DNA of 63,887 nt, filler included, from Octopus bimaculoides (GCF_001194135.2; 5 parts of 4 records of this genome joined end to end with filler, not necessarily neighbours in it); one strand, 5' to 3'. Positions 1 through 14,413 are shown, counted from the first letter of the whole stretch. Notes: generated by a model not told the origin, from the sequence alone. A program made the numbers and translations.

Positions 1-427
1 TATATATATATTTATATATATTACATGTATATGTAGATATGTGTGTATATTTATGTATATTTATACGTACATACGTATGTGTGTCTGTCTGTATGTACAT
101 ATATATGTTTGTGTGTGTGTGTTACGTATGTGTGTCTTTATTTAGATTTTTAGTTTGCTTGCTTGCTTTCTTCATTTCTCATTACAAGATGTCTTTGACT
201 CGGTGACGTTGGTTTTCAATGTGTGTTATTGATCCGATGAAGTTAAACAGTAATATCAATCATAATAACAACAACAATAATATTCGCTGAATAGCAAGAA
301 TTGAATGGCGGCTGCGCCCCCAATATACGTAGGATTGAGGAGTGAAGAAATAGTTTTGGCTTTTCTTGAAGGATTATACAAAAGAAAATCCAATTCGCAT
401 TCATTCATTCATTCATTCATTCATTCT

Positions 428-469
<42 letters not shown>

Positions 470-478
470 ACACACACT

Positions 479-546
<68 letters not shown>

Positions 547-1224
547 NNNNNNNNNNGTGTAATCTTTATTTCTCTCTAAAATTATAAATTATAACGTATA
601 TAAGTGTGCGCGCGCTGCAATTAGCACATGAGAGGTTTATGTATATATATATATATATATATATATGCGTGTGTGTGTCTATGTGAATGTTTCACTACAT
701 ATAAATATATATTTGTATCATGTATACTTTGCATTATGTGCATGTGTGCATAAAACGCTAATAGAGGTATACAGCCATATACAAAGTCTACTGAATATTC
801 TCTTAGCTGGAGTACACAAGTGCGTTTGACTTGAAGAAGCAATCACTCTATATAAATAAACGAGTGTTTGTATGTATATATGTATGTATTTATTTATTTA
901 TGTATGTATGTATGTATGTATGTATGTATCACTTTCTCTAACTTTCTTCTATAGCGTGTATGCGTTTATATATTGTTGAGTTTATTCCTGTCAATTTGAT
1001 CACCAGAATAAACACGTACATTTCGACGTTTTCCTGTCAAAGCGTCGATAATATATAGGCCTAACAGGACATACATTATGATTTGGGACGTAGGAAAGCA
1101 ACTGTTCACGGGAGTAAAAAATCGGTCGTCGATCATACGTTTATATAATGATGCAAAGATAAAAGAAAACCTATAACATATGCAGAAACCGAAATACCTA
1201 AAAACAAAAATTAACCATTTATGT

Positions 1225-1565
1225 TTCTTTCAGTTATTAGTTTGCGGCCACGCTGGGGCACCACCTTGAATAGTTTAGTCGTTTTAATCGAACCCTGTAC
1301 TTTTAAAATCTGGGACTTATTTTATCGCTTTTTTTATAGAGCCGCTAAGTTATGGGGACGTGAAGAAACCAACAGCGGTTGTCAAGCGGTGTCAATGAGA
1401 TAAGGACGCGCGCGCGCACGCATACATATATGACTGGCTTCCATGAGTTTCTGTCTACTAAATTCACTCACAAGGCTTTATTCGGTCTGCGGCTATATTA
1501 GAAGACACTTTGCCCAACGTGCCGCGGAATGGGACCGTACTTGAAACCATTTGGTTTGCAAAGTC
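1225..1565 (-). mobile_element. tRNA-derived SINE family A, decayed
   Basis: Homologous to the better copy at 28765-29160 (ttgggcaagtgtcttct, caaagccttgtgagtg, cttgacaacc motifs). Boundaries approximate. Confidence 0.75.
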
Positions 1566-1624
1566 CTCTGAATGAAACGACTGAAAGACTAAAAGAATAT
1601 TCTAAAGTCCCTTCTATCGCTAGG

Positions 1625-1757
1625 AGCAGCTGTGGTTGCATGGTAGGGAGCTAATTTCCCAAACAACATAGTTCTTGGTTCAGTCTCACTACATGGCACC
1701 TTCGGCACCTTAAACCCCGGACCAACCAGAACCTTGCGAGTAGATTTGATACACAGA

Positions 1758-1796
<39 letters not shown>

Positions 1797-2060
1797 CGTT
1801 CGTGTGTGTGTGTGTGTATCTATGTTTGTCCCCCACCATCACCGCTTGACAACCAGTGTTGGTGTGTTTACGTCCCCGTTACTCAGCAGTTCGGTTAATC
1901 GGTTCGATAGAATAAATACCAGGAGGTAACAAACATAAGAAAGAACAAGAAAAAAAAAAGTATTGGGAAGGGGGTGTCCGATTCGTTCGGCTTAAGAATT
2001 CTTCAAGGCTGTGCCCCAGCATGGCCGTTGTCTAATGGCTGAAACAAGGGAGAAAGTATT
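1625..2060 (+). mobile_element. tRNA-derived SINE family A
   Basis: A/B-box-like head, internal TA/TG microsatellite and tail motifs ccgcttgacaacc, gtttacgtcccc, ccccagcatggcc. Confidence 0.75.
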
Positions 2061-2848
2061 CACCATCATCCTTATCATCACACCACCACTATTACCATCA
2101 TCATCATCATCACCATCATCATCGTCACCATCAATATCATCACCATACTCAACATCATCATCCGCATCATCATCAACTTCATCATCTTCATTGTCGACGT
2201 CTCATCATCATCATCATCCTCAACATCATCATCATCACCATCCATCAACTATTCCCGCCGCAGTCTCCTCTCCATTCTTTCCTCCAGGACCACTCTTTGT
2301 TTCGTCTTGATAAGCTCATTGCCATATCTGACATGTTTTAAAGCCTCTTTGTTGCTTCTCCTATCCCAGTTTCGTCTTGTCCCACTTGTTCTCCTCTCTC
2401 TTTATTTCCCCTCCTTTGTTTCTTGTCTAACTTATAGCCTATTTTTGTGTGGTCTGCGGGGGAGCGGGTTTGTGTTCGTGTGTGTGGAGAGACAGAGATG
2501 GGATGGCTGGAGTGTGGGCGTAGGCTGTGCAGGGATGCGCGGTCCATTACTTTATATTTATTTGTATGTTGTCATCTATCTCGTTTTTCCCTCTCACCCT
2601 CCCCTTTTCTCTCTATCCCCCCCCACTTCTTCTCTCTAATCTACTTAACATTCTGATAACTCAATCTTCATTACATACTCACATGCGCGTACACATACAC
2701 ACACACACACATACATACACACACACACACACAAACACACATACACAAACGTAATCATTTTCACCAGGTGATAAATCTTTCGTCTTTGCCTGTCTCGGTC
2801 TTTCGCGGTCTCGTTTCCATTCTAGTCACACACACACACACACACACA

Positions 2849-2893
<45 letters not shown>

Positions 2894-3554
2894 ACACACA
2901 CACACACACACTCACACACACACACACACACACACACACAGCCGTCATTCCAAAATCTGCACATCACTCAAATGCTCTTCCTCAATCTCTCTCTCTCTCA
3001 CCATCCCTCACATTTACCTCTGCTTGCTTCCCGTTATTTATATACTTCGTCCAGATTCTCTCTAACGACTTATCTCCCTTTCTCTCTCTCCCTCCCTCTC
3101 CTGTTTCTCCTCTCCTTTCCCTCATCTCTATACATCTCCCCACTTTTTCTCTCTGGTTCATTCTCTGCTCTTCTTCCTGCTATAAACTTTACTTGCCCCT
3201 AAAAGTATCGCTCATAAGCCTCTCCTCCATTCTTGCCATAGTCCTCGTCACCACCACCGCTATCATCATCATTTCATACCACGGTCAATACCACGGTTCG
3301 AAAGATCCCCTTTGTGGTCGTTCCACTTGCTAGAAACAGCAGTTAAAATCTCCAACAACTCACATTATTATTATTGTCTTTCAAAAAATAATAAACGGAC
3401 ACATTAAATTGTATGATCCAAGATGCACAGTATCTAAAAAATATATATATATAAATAAGACGCGATGGTCACGGCCTGAATTTTCTTTAATAATCGATCA
3501 AGGCTGACCCGTGGCTTAACCACAACACGCACACACACAAATATACTCTCTTTC

Positions 3555-3585
<31 letters not shown>

Positions 3586-3588
3586 TTT

Positions 3589-3622
<34 letters not shown>

Positions 3623-4901
3623 ACTCTCTTTCCATGTCTTTCCCTATGTTTTCTATATCAACAAGAACATTTGAAAGGGGTGAGTGAGTAAAGTCTGTAT
3701 CAATAAGTGGGTCCCTGCCAGTAAACTGTGTTGGTGCACAAGAATTGCGATAGTGTTAATACGGAAGGACTATATTATCTTCTACATGCAGAACCGGTTA
3801 CATGTTATGTATGTGTGTCTNNNNNNNNNNNNNNNNNNNNNNNNNNNNNNNNNNNNNNNNNNNNNNNNNNNNNNNNNNNNNNNNNNNNNNNNNNNNNNNN
3901 NNNNNNNNNNNNNNNNNNNNNNNNNNNNNNNNNNNNNNNNNNNNNNNNNNNNNNNNNNNNNNNNNNNNNNNNNNNNNNNNNNNNNNNNNNNNNNNNNNNN
4001 NNNNNNNNNNNNNNNNNNNNNNNNNNNNNNNNNNNNNNNNNNNNNNNNNNNNNNNNNNNNNNNNNNNNNNNNNNNNNNNNNNNNNNNNNNNNNNNNNNNN
4101 NNNNNNNNNNNNNNNNNNNNNNNNNNNNNNNNNNNNNNNNNNNNNNNNNNNNNNNNNNNNNNNNNNNNNNNNNNNNNNNNNNNNNNNNNNNNNNNNNNNN
4201 NNNNNNNNNNNNNNNNNNNNNNNNNNNNNNNNNNNNNNNNNNNNNNNNNNNNNNNNNNNNNNNNNNNNNNNNNNNNNNNNNNNNNNNNNNNNNNNNNNNN
4301 NNNNNNNNNNNNNNNNNNNNNNNNNNNNNNNNNNNNNNNNNNNNNNNNNNNNNNNNNNNNNNNNNNNNNNNNNNNNNNNNNNNNNNNNNNNNNNNNNNNN
4401 NNNNNNNNNNNNNNNNNNNNNNNNNNNNNNNNNNNNNNNNNNNNNNNNNNNNNNNNNNNNNNNNNNNNNNNNNNNNNNNNNNNNNNNNNNNNNNNNNNNN
4501 NNNNNNNNNNNNNNNNNNNNNNNNNNNNNNNNNNNNNNNNNNNNNNNNNNNNNNNNNNNNNNNNNNNNNNNNNNNNNNNNNNNNNNNNNNNNNNNNNNNN
4601 NNNNNNNNNNNNNNNNNNNNNNNNNNNNNNNNNNNNNNNNNNNNNNNNNNNNNNNNNNNNNNNNNNNNNNNNNNNNNNNNNNNNNNNNNNNNNNNNNNNN
4701 NNNNNNNNNNNNNNNNNNNNNTCACATTACTTAAATAAATTGAAGTAGCATGAAACGTGCGTACTGCAATCACTTTTGAAATCCGTGTTGCTTATTATTT
4801 GATTGGTATTATTTGATTTTAATCACCCATCCTTTTGGGATGTGATATTCGGGTGCCTTCGCATAAGTACCATATTCAAGCCTTGAATCTATATCTAAAC
4901 C

Positions 4902-4942
<41 letters not shown>

Positions 4943-4946
4943 TATA

Positions 4947-5095
4947 CGATAGGCTTCTTTCAGTTTCCGTCTACCAAATCCACTTACAAGGCTTTGGTCG
5001 GCCCGAGGCTATAGAAGAAGACACTTGCCCAAGGTTCTACGCAGTGGGACTGAACCCCGAACCATATGGTTGGTAAGCAAGCTACTTACCACACA
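4947..5095 (-). mobile_element. SINE family A, 5' half
   Basis: Near-identical to 29010-29160. Confidence 0.85.
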
Positions 5096-5114
5096 TTACC
5101 ATAATGATAATAAT

Positions 5115-5325
5115 AATCCTTTCTACTAAAGGCACAAGGTCTGAAATTTTGGGAGAAGGGCTAGTTGATAACATCGATCCCCAGTGCTTTACTGGTACTT
5201 ATTTCATCGACCTCGAAAGAATGAAAGACAAAGTCGACCTTTGGTGGAATTTGAACTCAGAACGTAAAGACGGACGACATGCCGTTAAGCAGTGTTCCTT
5301 GTGTGCTAATGACTCTGCCAGCTCG
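5115..5325 (-). mobile_element. tRNA-derived SINE family B
   Basis: Reverse complement of the ggcgagctggcag...ttctgagttcaaattccgccgaggtcgactttgcctttcatcc...aagtaccag...ggggtcgat family. Confidence 0.8.
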
Positions 5326-5508
5326 CAGGGAAGCTGACCTCTGTGACAGTTCATGACTTTAGGATTTTTTTTATTCTTTCAAACTATTATGTATGCATGC
5401 ACGCACGTGGTGTGTGTATGTATGTATGTATGTATGTAGGGGGGTGTTTGTATAAATGATTGTGTTTGTGAATATATGATTTATTAGTATGTATGAATGT
5501 ATGTATAA

Positions 5509-5539
<31 letters not shown>

Positions 5540-6057
5540 CAGTCATAAAAATCCGACAAGTACATAGCGGCTGCTGGGAAATCTTGTCAAAATGAATGCC
5601 TGGTTTACTTAATATATAGTATGACAGAATCCTGTTTGCCGCCGTCTCCTCCGCCCCGATCGCGCCTCAATAACTTCTCCAACGGCTCAAACAAACATTG
5701 TGCTGTCTCCTCTTCCTTTTCACAATTTCTACCTTTTCNNNNNNNNNNNNNNNNNNNNNNNNNNNNNNNNNNNNNNNNNNNNNNNNNNNNNNNNNNNNNN
5801 NNNNNNNNNNNNNNNNNNNNNNNNNNNNNNNNNNNNNNNNNNNNNNNNNNNNNNNNNNNNNNNNNNNNNNNNNNNNNNNNNNNNNNNNNNNNNNNNNNNN
5901 NNNNNNNNNNNNNNNNNNNNNNNNNNNNNNNNNNNNNNNNNNNNNNNNNNNNNNNNNNNNNNNNNNNNNNNNNNNNNNNNNNNNNNNNNNNNNNNNNNNN
6001 NNNNNNNNNNNNNNNNNNNNNNNNNNNNNNNNNNNNNNNNNNNNNNNNNNNNNNNNN

Positions 6058-6108
<51 letters not shown>

Positions 6109-8714
6109 TCGTCCGTCTTTTTGCCTGTCCCTTCGTCCGTCCATTCACCCAACCATCCATCACGAACGCTCTCTGCTAATTTTTCTGTAACTGTCTCAGA
6201 ATTTCCTTGCAAAAACTCTTCAAACTTTGAGAAGCCCATCTTTGGTTACTGAATGATGCTGTCTTGGTGCGGCGGCAGTGGAGGTGGTGATGGTTACGAT
6301 GTATTAGCGAACCGACTATTTAACCGTGAGAGGTAGGGATGACAGACAGCTCAGACTGAAAGAGAGAAAGAGAGAGGAATGGTAAGAGGAAAAGGAAAAC
6401 GATAGGGGTGTCTGCGGTAATGTTATAAGATGGATTGATAGCAATACAGAAAGAAATAGAGACAGACGATGAAGTTGAATATCAGGTTATATAGCGATGG
6501 AATGAGATATCACGCCCCACCGTACACATACTCAGCTTCCTCTACGTCTCTGTGTTTGTCTACGTCTTCGAGAAGCTCATCAGAAATATTCCTCTTAGCC
6601 AGATATAATACCACTTGTGTTCGTGCTCAGACGTTCAGATTTCCACTGAAGTATGGCAAAGATTTCATCCTTCAGTATTTTCCCCCATCCTTCATTCCTT
6701 CCTTCTCTCTAAATCTATCTATCAATCTGTCGTCTGTTTCAATGAAATCCTTTCGTTTCCTTCGTTATATATCTTTGTCTGTGTTTTGGTTTTTTTTTTT
6801 TTTCCTTTCTATCGTCTGTTTCAGTCAGTCTATGTCGACTTTTATATATTTTCCTCAATCTTTTCATGCGTATATCTGTCTGTCTGCCTATCGTTCATTC
6901 TGTTTAACTCTGTATTTGGTTGGATGCGCGCGCACACATACACACTCGCACACATTTTGTAGGTCGATAAAGTGTGATTTGAAGGAAATTTGGCTATTTC
7001 TATCAGATCCAGGCAAACTTTGTTGAGGCTCCTTTATGCGCAGATCTTCCACTCGTCCACTATTTATTGCTCTGTCACAAGACGGAACATAACCCAGCTA
7101 ACTGTCGTTACTTACAATGGAGGAAAAGAATATTGATAGGGCTGACAGTACTGATCGCAAGATCTTTCCCTCTTTCTCTCTCTCTCTCTCGAGAAGAGGA
7201 CAGAAAGAGAGGTGGCTGGGACGAGTTACTTCGGGAGTGGATTGGTAAGATGGTCAGTGTGATAAATAATAAGGAAAGGTAGTGTTATTGAATTTTAGTT
7301 ACATACATTCATACAAATATACATGCATACATACACACAGACACATTTCTGTTAACTCTTTTATGCCTAAGACTCTCATATTTGTCTTATGCTGTATTAT
7401 ATGGCTGACTCGATAAAATTAATACTAAACTGCGTGCAAATACGGCTGTGGGGGTAAAATGATGAATTTACAACTACATGGTGCGTGGTTTCGAATCCAC
7501 TGTACGTCGTTTTTGGATCTCTTTTATCATTCTGATGAGTGAAATTTACTCGACAGAAACTATGTGGAATTGCATTTAAGGGGCCATTTCATTTTTATAC
7601 CTGATTCATGAGTGCCTTCAGGAGAATTCACCCCGTTGCTAGCATTCGGTGAGGTCTATATTTTAATGATAAATTTCTCTCTTTCCTACATTCCACCAGT
7701 CTTGGAGGAATACCGTTATCGTTATTTACCTCTGAACATCACTGTATCGAGCCCTAGAACTCGTGGGTCCGGTTACCTAGCTTCTATTATATACAAGTGA
7801 TCGAACTCAAAATATACCGGCCTCCTGAACGGGGGGGGGGGCATCAGGCCATGGTAAGATTACTAATTTCCAGCTGAGAGGACTGCAACGACTGTTTTGC
7901 TCAAGGATACAACGCAAGACCCAGTTAGGAATTTGAAACCACAACCTCGCAGTCGAGATAGCAACACACCTAACCCCTAGGCCATTAAATCCTCAATGCC
8001 ATCGCTCCTAACTAAATCACTATAACCGCTGCCAAGATTAAAAAGAAAAAGAAAAGTGAGATAAGTTCTCTCCATAACGCGAAAAGAAGCCAAGTTTTTC
8101 TCAAGTTTAATGTAGCTTAAAGATCTGGTTTGAAACATTTCTGTAGCTTCTTTAATTTTACACAACTGCTGGTCTTTCATTTCGGTGTGAATTAAGCGTG
8201 AAATTAAAAGTAATTAGCTTGATTTCTTTGACGGGAAACATTGAAGACACGTTTTCCTATTTTATTTTTGATGATGACGATAATGATGAGTTAGCCTTGT
8301 CATATTTTTATGATTATAATTAAACGGTTATATTTCACTCATTCTTCTCTGTGACTACTATTACCGTTTGCTTAGTGTTGTCAGCAGTTTAGCAACACTG
8401 ATATAAAGAAAATAAACCTGTGCATTGGCATAGATATTGGTTGGGTGGTGAAGATGATTTGGGGTTCAATACCGTTGCGCGTTACTCTATCTATGCAAGG
8501 GTATTTTATTGTAGTTCCAAACCGATCAATGTCTTTCGAGCGAATTCGATCAACGGAAACTGTGTGGAAGCCCAACGTGTATAATATGTATATTTGTGTC
8601 TGCGTTATTCAACTTCTCACCATCGCGTGACAAGGATTCTTCGTGAGCTTAATGTTAAAGATAGAGATCATTATCAGCATGTCGGCTTGTAAATGATAAT
8701 CCGTTAAGCAAGCC

Positions 8715-8747
<33 letters not shown>

Positions 8748-9695
8748 CAGTGACCAGCTATGGAGGTCCTGCAGAGTAAAATAGGAATCAAAGGTGTCCA
8801 TAGGCGAACAATGGGAACCATTGCTCTAAGGACGTCTCTAGCTCCCTCCTCCCATCCCTTACAGCAATAGCAACAGCAGTACAAACATCCGATTATCTTG
8901 GCTTTTTTTAGAAAAGACCAATCACTTCTGAGCCGGAAATACCGTGTAAAACTATCTTTTGATTGGAAAGTTTCAAATTTGTCTGATGGAAATATAAACG
9001 TTGGGTTGCCTATTAAAAAAAAGAAAAAACTGCTCCGCCTCTTAACTCGGTCCATTACTTTAATGATGATGATGATGGTAGTGTGTTGGCAGGGGTGCAG
9101 ATATACAGAATCTATATTATTAAGGATTGTTGTTGTTGTTGTTGCTTATGGTACTTTGTTTCTCCTTATGCCAAAAGAAACTAAGCCTTCACCAGTCTCC
9201 TCTCGGTGAGAGACAGAGATGGGGGGGGGATGAAGAGAGAAGCCAGCGGGGCAGCGATTAAAAGCGAATATTTTGATATCACCCCAAAGGGGCAATATTA
9301 GTAGGTAAATATATCAGGTATTAACTTCGAGATACAGATATTCCGTGCGACTGCCCCGCTTAACATTTAACACGTGTGCATTCTACAGAGATATTTTTCA
9401 TTCATATTTCTTTCCCCCCCTCTCTCTCTTTCTCTCTTAACGTCTATTCCTCCCCACTTTTACTCCTGCCACGTTCCTTATGCCTTCCCTTCACTTTTCT
9501 CTCCCTCACGTCCCTGATTTTCCTCTCTCCATTCTGTCTGTCTTTCTCTCTCTCCCTCTCATAGAAACATACATTCGCATACCTACCATATTGAGAAGTA
9601 CGAGCGCTAACATCGCTGTGGACATTAAAGAAAAAAAAAGCGACTATTCATATAGGCACAGAAATTTAAACCCTCCCTCACATACGCACGCGCGT

Positions 9696-9730
<35 letters not shown>

Positions 9731-10244
9731 GAGGATTGCTAATATTTTTTTTTGCAGAAATGTGTATCAAGTATATTGTTTTTATTTTCTTCTCTTACGA
9801 ACATAAGTATTTTATATAATGACTTGCAGTATCAAATTATTATCATTATTATTATTTTTATCATTATTATAATTATTATTATTATTATTATATCATTATT
9901 ATTATTATTATTNNNNNNNNNNNNNNNNNNNNNNNNNNNNNNNNNNNNNNNNNNNNNNNNNNNNNNNNNNNNNNNNNNNNNNNNNNNNNNNNNNNNNNNN
10001 NNNNNNNNNNNNNNNNNNNNNNNNNNNNNNNNNNNNNNNNNNNNNNCAAGTACCAGTTACATACTGGGATCGATGTAATCGACTTCACCCCTCCCCTAAA
10101 ATTACTGGCCTTACACCATAATTTGAAACCATTATTATTGCTATTATTATTATTTATTGCTAATTGTCCTCTGTTTCTTCAATATTTTTAAATACTAAAT
10201 GTCGTTTTTTTTTTGTTTTTTCTTTTTTTTTTCGTTTTCTTTAG

Positions 10245-10911
10245 TGGTTGTTGGGCAGCAGCAGTTATGCAGGAGAAACTGTGCAGGCGTATTCTTCCTG
10301 TTATGTCACATCTCCGAACATTAATAATTGGTTAAGAACACCATATATCGAGCGAGGTGACGCTGAGCGCCTGCACATAGAGATGACATTCACAATGCGA
10401 AAATGCGTTCGGCACAACGACCCAAGTAGCTTGCAGCAATGCAAGGAGACTTTTAACCTTTACTATTATGAGGCCGAATCGGATTTCGCAAACCACCAGA
10501 TGCCGACCTGGCAGCCCAACGTCTATTCAAAGATAGATACAATCGCTGCTGATACGCTTTATGTGCAACCGCGTAAGGTGCAAGTTAACAACGAGACCAA
10601 GCACGTCACTATCAAGCGAAAAGGAGTATATTTCGCCTTCCAGGACACGGGCGCATGTATAACGTTGCTTTCTGTCAGGATCTTTTATGTTACCTGTCCG
10701 AACGTTACGGTTCGCTACGCTTTCTTTATGGAGACGCCGACAGGTCCGACCGTCTCGTCCTTGGTGCAAAAGAAAGGTGTGTGTGTGGGAAACGCCGTCG
10801 AGGAATCTAACCCGACTTACCTATGTCGAAGCGATGGCAGCTGGGATATCCTTATGGGCAGCTGTAAATGTTTACCCGGCTATCAGGGTATTAACGGCAC
10901 AAAATGCGTCA
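10245..10911 (+). CDS. Eph: Eph receptor tyrosine kinase internal exon: most of the ephrin ligand-binding domain, sushi-like module and start of the EGF-like module
   Basis: Long polypyrimidine tract ending ttag (10241-44), exon starts TGG (W, phase 0) and ends GTC A|gtaagt (phase 1). Translation carries Eph hallmarks NNWLRTPYI, FTMRKC...CKETFNLYYYE, IDTIAAD, KGVYFAFQDTGACITLLSVRIFY, TCP, YLCRSDGSW, SCKCLPGY. No other Eph exon recognised in the window. Confidence 0.96.
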
Positions 10912-11124
10912 GTAAGTAACAGTTTTTTTTTTACCTTTCATATTTATTATTGATGTTGTTTTAAATTTTGGTTTCCATGTCTTTCTGTTATTTTTAAATC
11001 GATTCTCTGCAACTCGCCACAGTATTTTTAATAATTTCTCTCTTTATAACGTCATCTTTATCCGTCGCTCTTCTAGCAAATAAAAAGAAAACACTATTAT
11101 CAGTATTATTATTATTATTATTAA

Positions 11125-11413
11125 CCCATTACCTCCCATAATTCTATTAACTGGAATTTTTTATGAAACTTTGATTTCTAGCATAAGACAGCCTTAGAAA
11201 CACACAGGGATGATCAAAATAACATTTCAAAATAACATTTTAAATAGAAATAAGCGAGATATTGGGTGAAAAGTTAGCAAACCTCATTTGAATATCAGAG
11301 AAATATACCTAGTAGATATAACAAAAAGGTTAGATATGTGTAAATATTGACAGATAATTACGAAATTTGTAATTTTTAAGTGATCTCATATGAGATCACT
11401 GGTAGGTAATGGG
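11125..11413. mobile_element. piggyBac-like MITE with TTAA target duplication
   Basis: ttaa|CCCATTACCT ... AGGTAATGGG|ttaa; 10-bp perfect TIR with CCC/GGG ends; no ORF. Confidence 0.75.
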
Positions 11414-11417
11414 TTAA

Positions 11418-11950
11418 AGGCGAAGAACTGGCAGAATTGTTAGCACGTTGGACGAAATGCTTAGCGGTATTTCGTCTGCCGCTACGTTCTGAGTTCAAAT
11501 TCCGCCGAGGCCGAATTTGCCTTTCATCCTTTCGGAGCCGATAAATTAAGTACCAGCGAAACACTGAGGTCGATGTAATCGACTATCTCAGCCCCCAAAT
11601 TTCAGGCTTCGTGCCCTATAGTGAAAAAGATTGCTGCTATTATTTAAGGCGGCGAGCTGGCAGAATCCTTAGCTCGTCAGACAAAATTAATTACTCCGCT
11701 CTCTGTACTTTCTTAAGTTCACATTCCGCCGAGGTCGACTTTGCCTTTCATTCTCTCAGGGTCAATAAAATAAGTACCAGTTAAGAACTGGGGTCGACGT
11801 AATTGACTTTGCCTCTCCCACCGAAATCGCTTGGCCTTGTGCCAAAATTTGAAAGCAAAGGTGGCGGGGTCGGCAGAATCGTTAGCAAACCGAGCAAGAC
11901 GCATAGCGGTATTTCTTCTGAGTTTACGTTCTGAGTTCAAATGCCGCCGG
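11418..11950 (+). mobile_element. Cluster of three tandem SINE family B copies
   Basis: Heads at about 11418, 11645 and 11860, each with ttctgagttcaaat and gtcgat motifs. Confidence 0.8.
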
Positions 11951-12699
11951 GACACTTGCCCAAGGTGCCGCAGTGAGACTGAACCCGAAACCGTAGGCGT
12001 GTATTAGTGGAATTATTTTCGATTACTTTTTTTCTCTCAAACCTCAGTGACTGCGGTTCAAACCTATCCGAGCAGACCTCAAATCTTAATAGTTTGTGCC
12101 ACTTAGTTTTGTAACTATTGTCTGTGCCTTTGTCTCAATAAAATAGTCCACGAACGATGTATAAATTTTGACGGTATGTTTATAAGAGACTCCGACCAGA
12201 CCAGAGTCATGGTTTCAGGTTGTTTAGACACATCAAAATCTTCTCCCAAGAAATGCTTAGTCTATACAATAACCATTTTAAATGCTCTACTCACATACAT
12301 CCTTACATACATATTTATTCATGTATATGTATGTATATAACTGTAAGAATTTCTATGTATATTATGTTGTGTATATATGTATATATATACACACACACGT
12401 ACACTAGTTTTAAAATGACGTCTAAAGGAGAATTATTTATTACTTTGTGTTGTCTTTTTTTTTGTTGTTGTTTTCGTTTTGACTAAAATATTTATATATA
12501 GGATGAAAAAAATATTTAACTAAATTAAAAAAAAAAAATGAAAATATTTGCAATTATGTGTCTTCATGTTCCAACAGTTTCGTATGTGTATCACCTGAAA
12601 CTCTCAGCCCTTGAGTTAGTTACGTAGCTTTCTTGATTTGCTAAGTTTGGTAAACAGAATTCAAAACACGAGTGAGTATGTATATATATATATATATAT

Positions 12700-12738
<39 letters not shown>

Positions 12739-13556
12739 TGCATTCACGAGTAAGGACATACATGCAAAAAAGGGGTGGGAAAAATAGTATTCGAATACCG
12801 AAGGTAGAGTAACATGCTTTTATTGAAGCCGAGAAAGTCTTAACAAATTGTTACTCAGTTTCACGATAGCGTTCGTTGGATAATTGCGATCATATTCAGT
12901 ATAAAAGTATATATAATATCAATATCGGTAGAAGTTACAGAGTCGCTCAAGGGCCGGGAATTTCGTGCATTGATGCTTACCAATTTCTAGTATCCATATG
13001 TTTTTACCACCAAACGTATATATTTATTACGTGCATGCTTTGGTGCATTTGTTTCTTTTTGCATAAATGTTTTGTTTCAGGAGTTTGTACATTTTGTGGT
13101 CTGAGTATTCTGTAAACTGAGACAGCCACTAGTTAATGATGTTCAGCCCCTTTTCAGATGACCTTGTAGTTTTAATATATTTATCCATTTGTTCCTTTCT
13201 TTGTATGAAAAAAACAAAGACTAAATAAAATAGTCTCTCTATAAATAAAAGAAATACCCTGTCACCGACAATGCGCTACCTTTAAGATAGCATGTTAAGC
13301 GCTACCTCTTTATTAATGTGTTTGTGTGTGTTTATGCGTCTGACCAGCCGCCTGTCTGTCTGTCGATCAACATATCTCTCAGGTTAATGCAGTCATCATG
13401 GCTACTTGAATAATTTTTATCGATTTTTTGGGGTGAGGTCGGGGGTACGGAGAAAAGAAAGACAAAAGGAAGTCGACCGCATAAAAGTTTGGAAACTTCA
13501 AAGACACACGGAACCTGATGGCGTGGAAGTCATCTGATAAGCTTGGCACCTGTCAC

Positions 13557-13587
<31 letters not shown>

Positions 13588-13919
13588 ACCTCCTTTAATC
13601 TTCTCCCATTAGTCCTAGATACGTTGGTTTTTGCTCACATTGACCCCATACGCACTGCTCCATACACAGTAGTACTACTAACCGCGAGCGAATGCGTAAT
13701 CACCCGGACATTTCTCGATCAGTTAGGCGTTCACCATTACCCCACCACTACCCGTTTCTCTAGCTGACTCTACCTGAAATCACAATTACAATCTTTGTTC
13801 CGAATATCTGCAAAAGTGTAATCACGCCATTTAGGCAATCGTACTTTTCATTGTAATTCTTAACTCTTAGCATAATCTGAGACGCGCGAATCCCTGTTCG
13901 TCCTCTTTTATTTGCTGCT

Positions 13920-14310
13920 GCTGCTACTACTACTACTACTACCACCACCACCATTTGTATAAATGCTGCTGTCACCACCACTACCACAGCTACTGCTACT
14001 ATTACTACTACCACCGCTATTTCTACTGCTACTACAACGACTACTACCACCCCACCACTACTACTACTATCATTTATACGAATGCTGCTGTCACCACCAC
14101 TACCACCGCAACTACTACTATTACTACTACCACCGCTATTTCTACTGCTACTACAATGACTACTACCACCCCACCACTACTACTACTACTACTACTGCCA
14201 CCACCATTTCTGCAGCTGTTGCTGTTACTACTCCCCCTCCTTATGCACCGCCTCCTCTTCCTCTTTTTACTACCACTGCTAATGCTATTACTACTTCTGT
14301 GACGACGACA
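13920..14310 (+). repeat. (ACT/ACC)n complex microsatellite containing a ~119-bp internal duplication
   Basis: atgctgctgtcaccaccactacc at 13963 and 14082. Confidence 0.8.
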
Positions 14311-14377
14311 ACAACAGCGCAGACAAAGTTTAATAATGCCGGATCGTGTTTAGAGTTGTTTCCCCTTTCTCTCCTTT

Positions 14378-14413
<36 letters not shown>

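Noticed and set aside
305-400. Eph exon 2 candidate (SEEIVLAF...)
   Set aside because: Lacks the LLDT/W motifs and usable splice sites, and runs into microsatellite.
13543-13767. ORF containing VLDT as a possible Eph exon
   Set aside because: It lies downstream of the LBD exon, in the wrong order, and has no other Eph residues. No cysteine-rich exon 4 was found before the linker.
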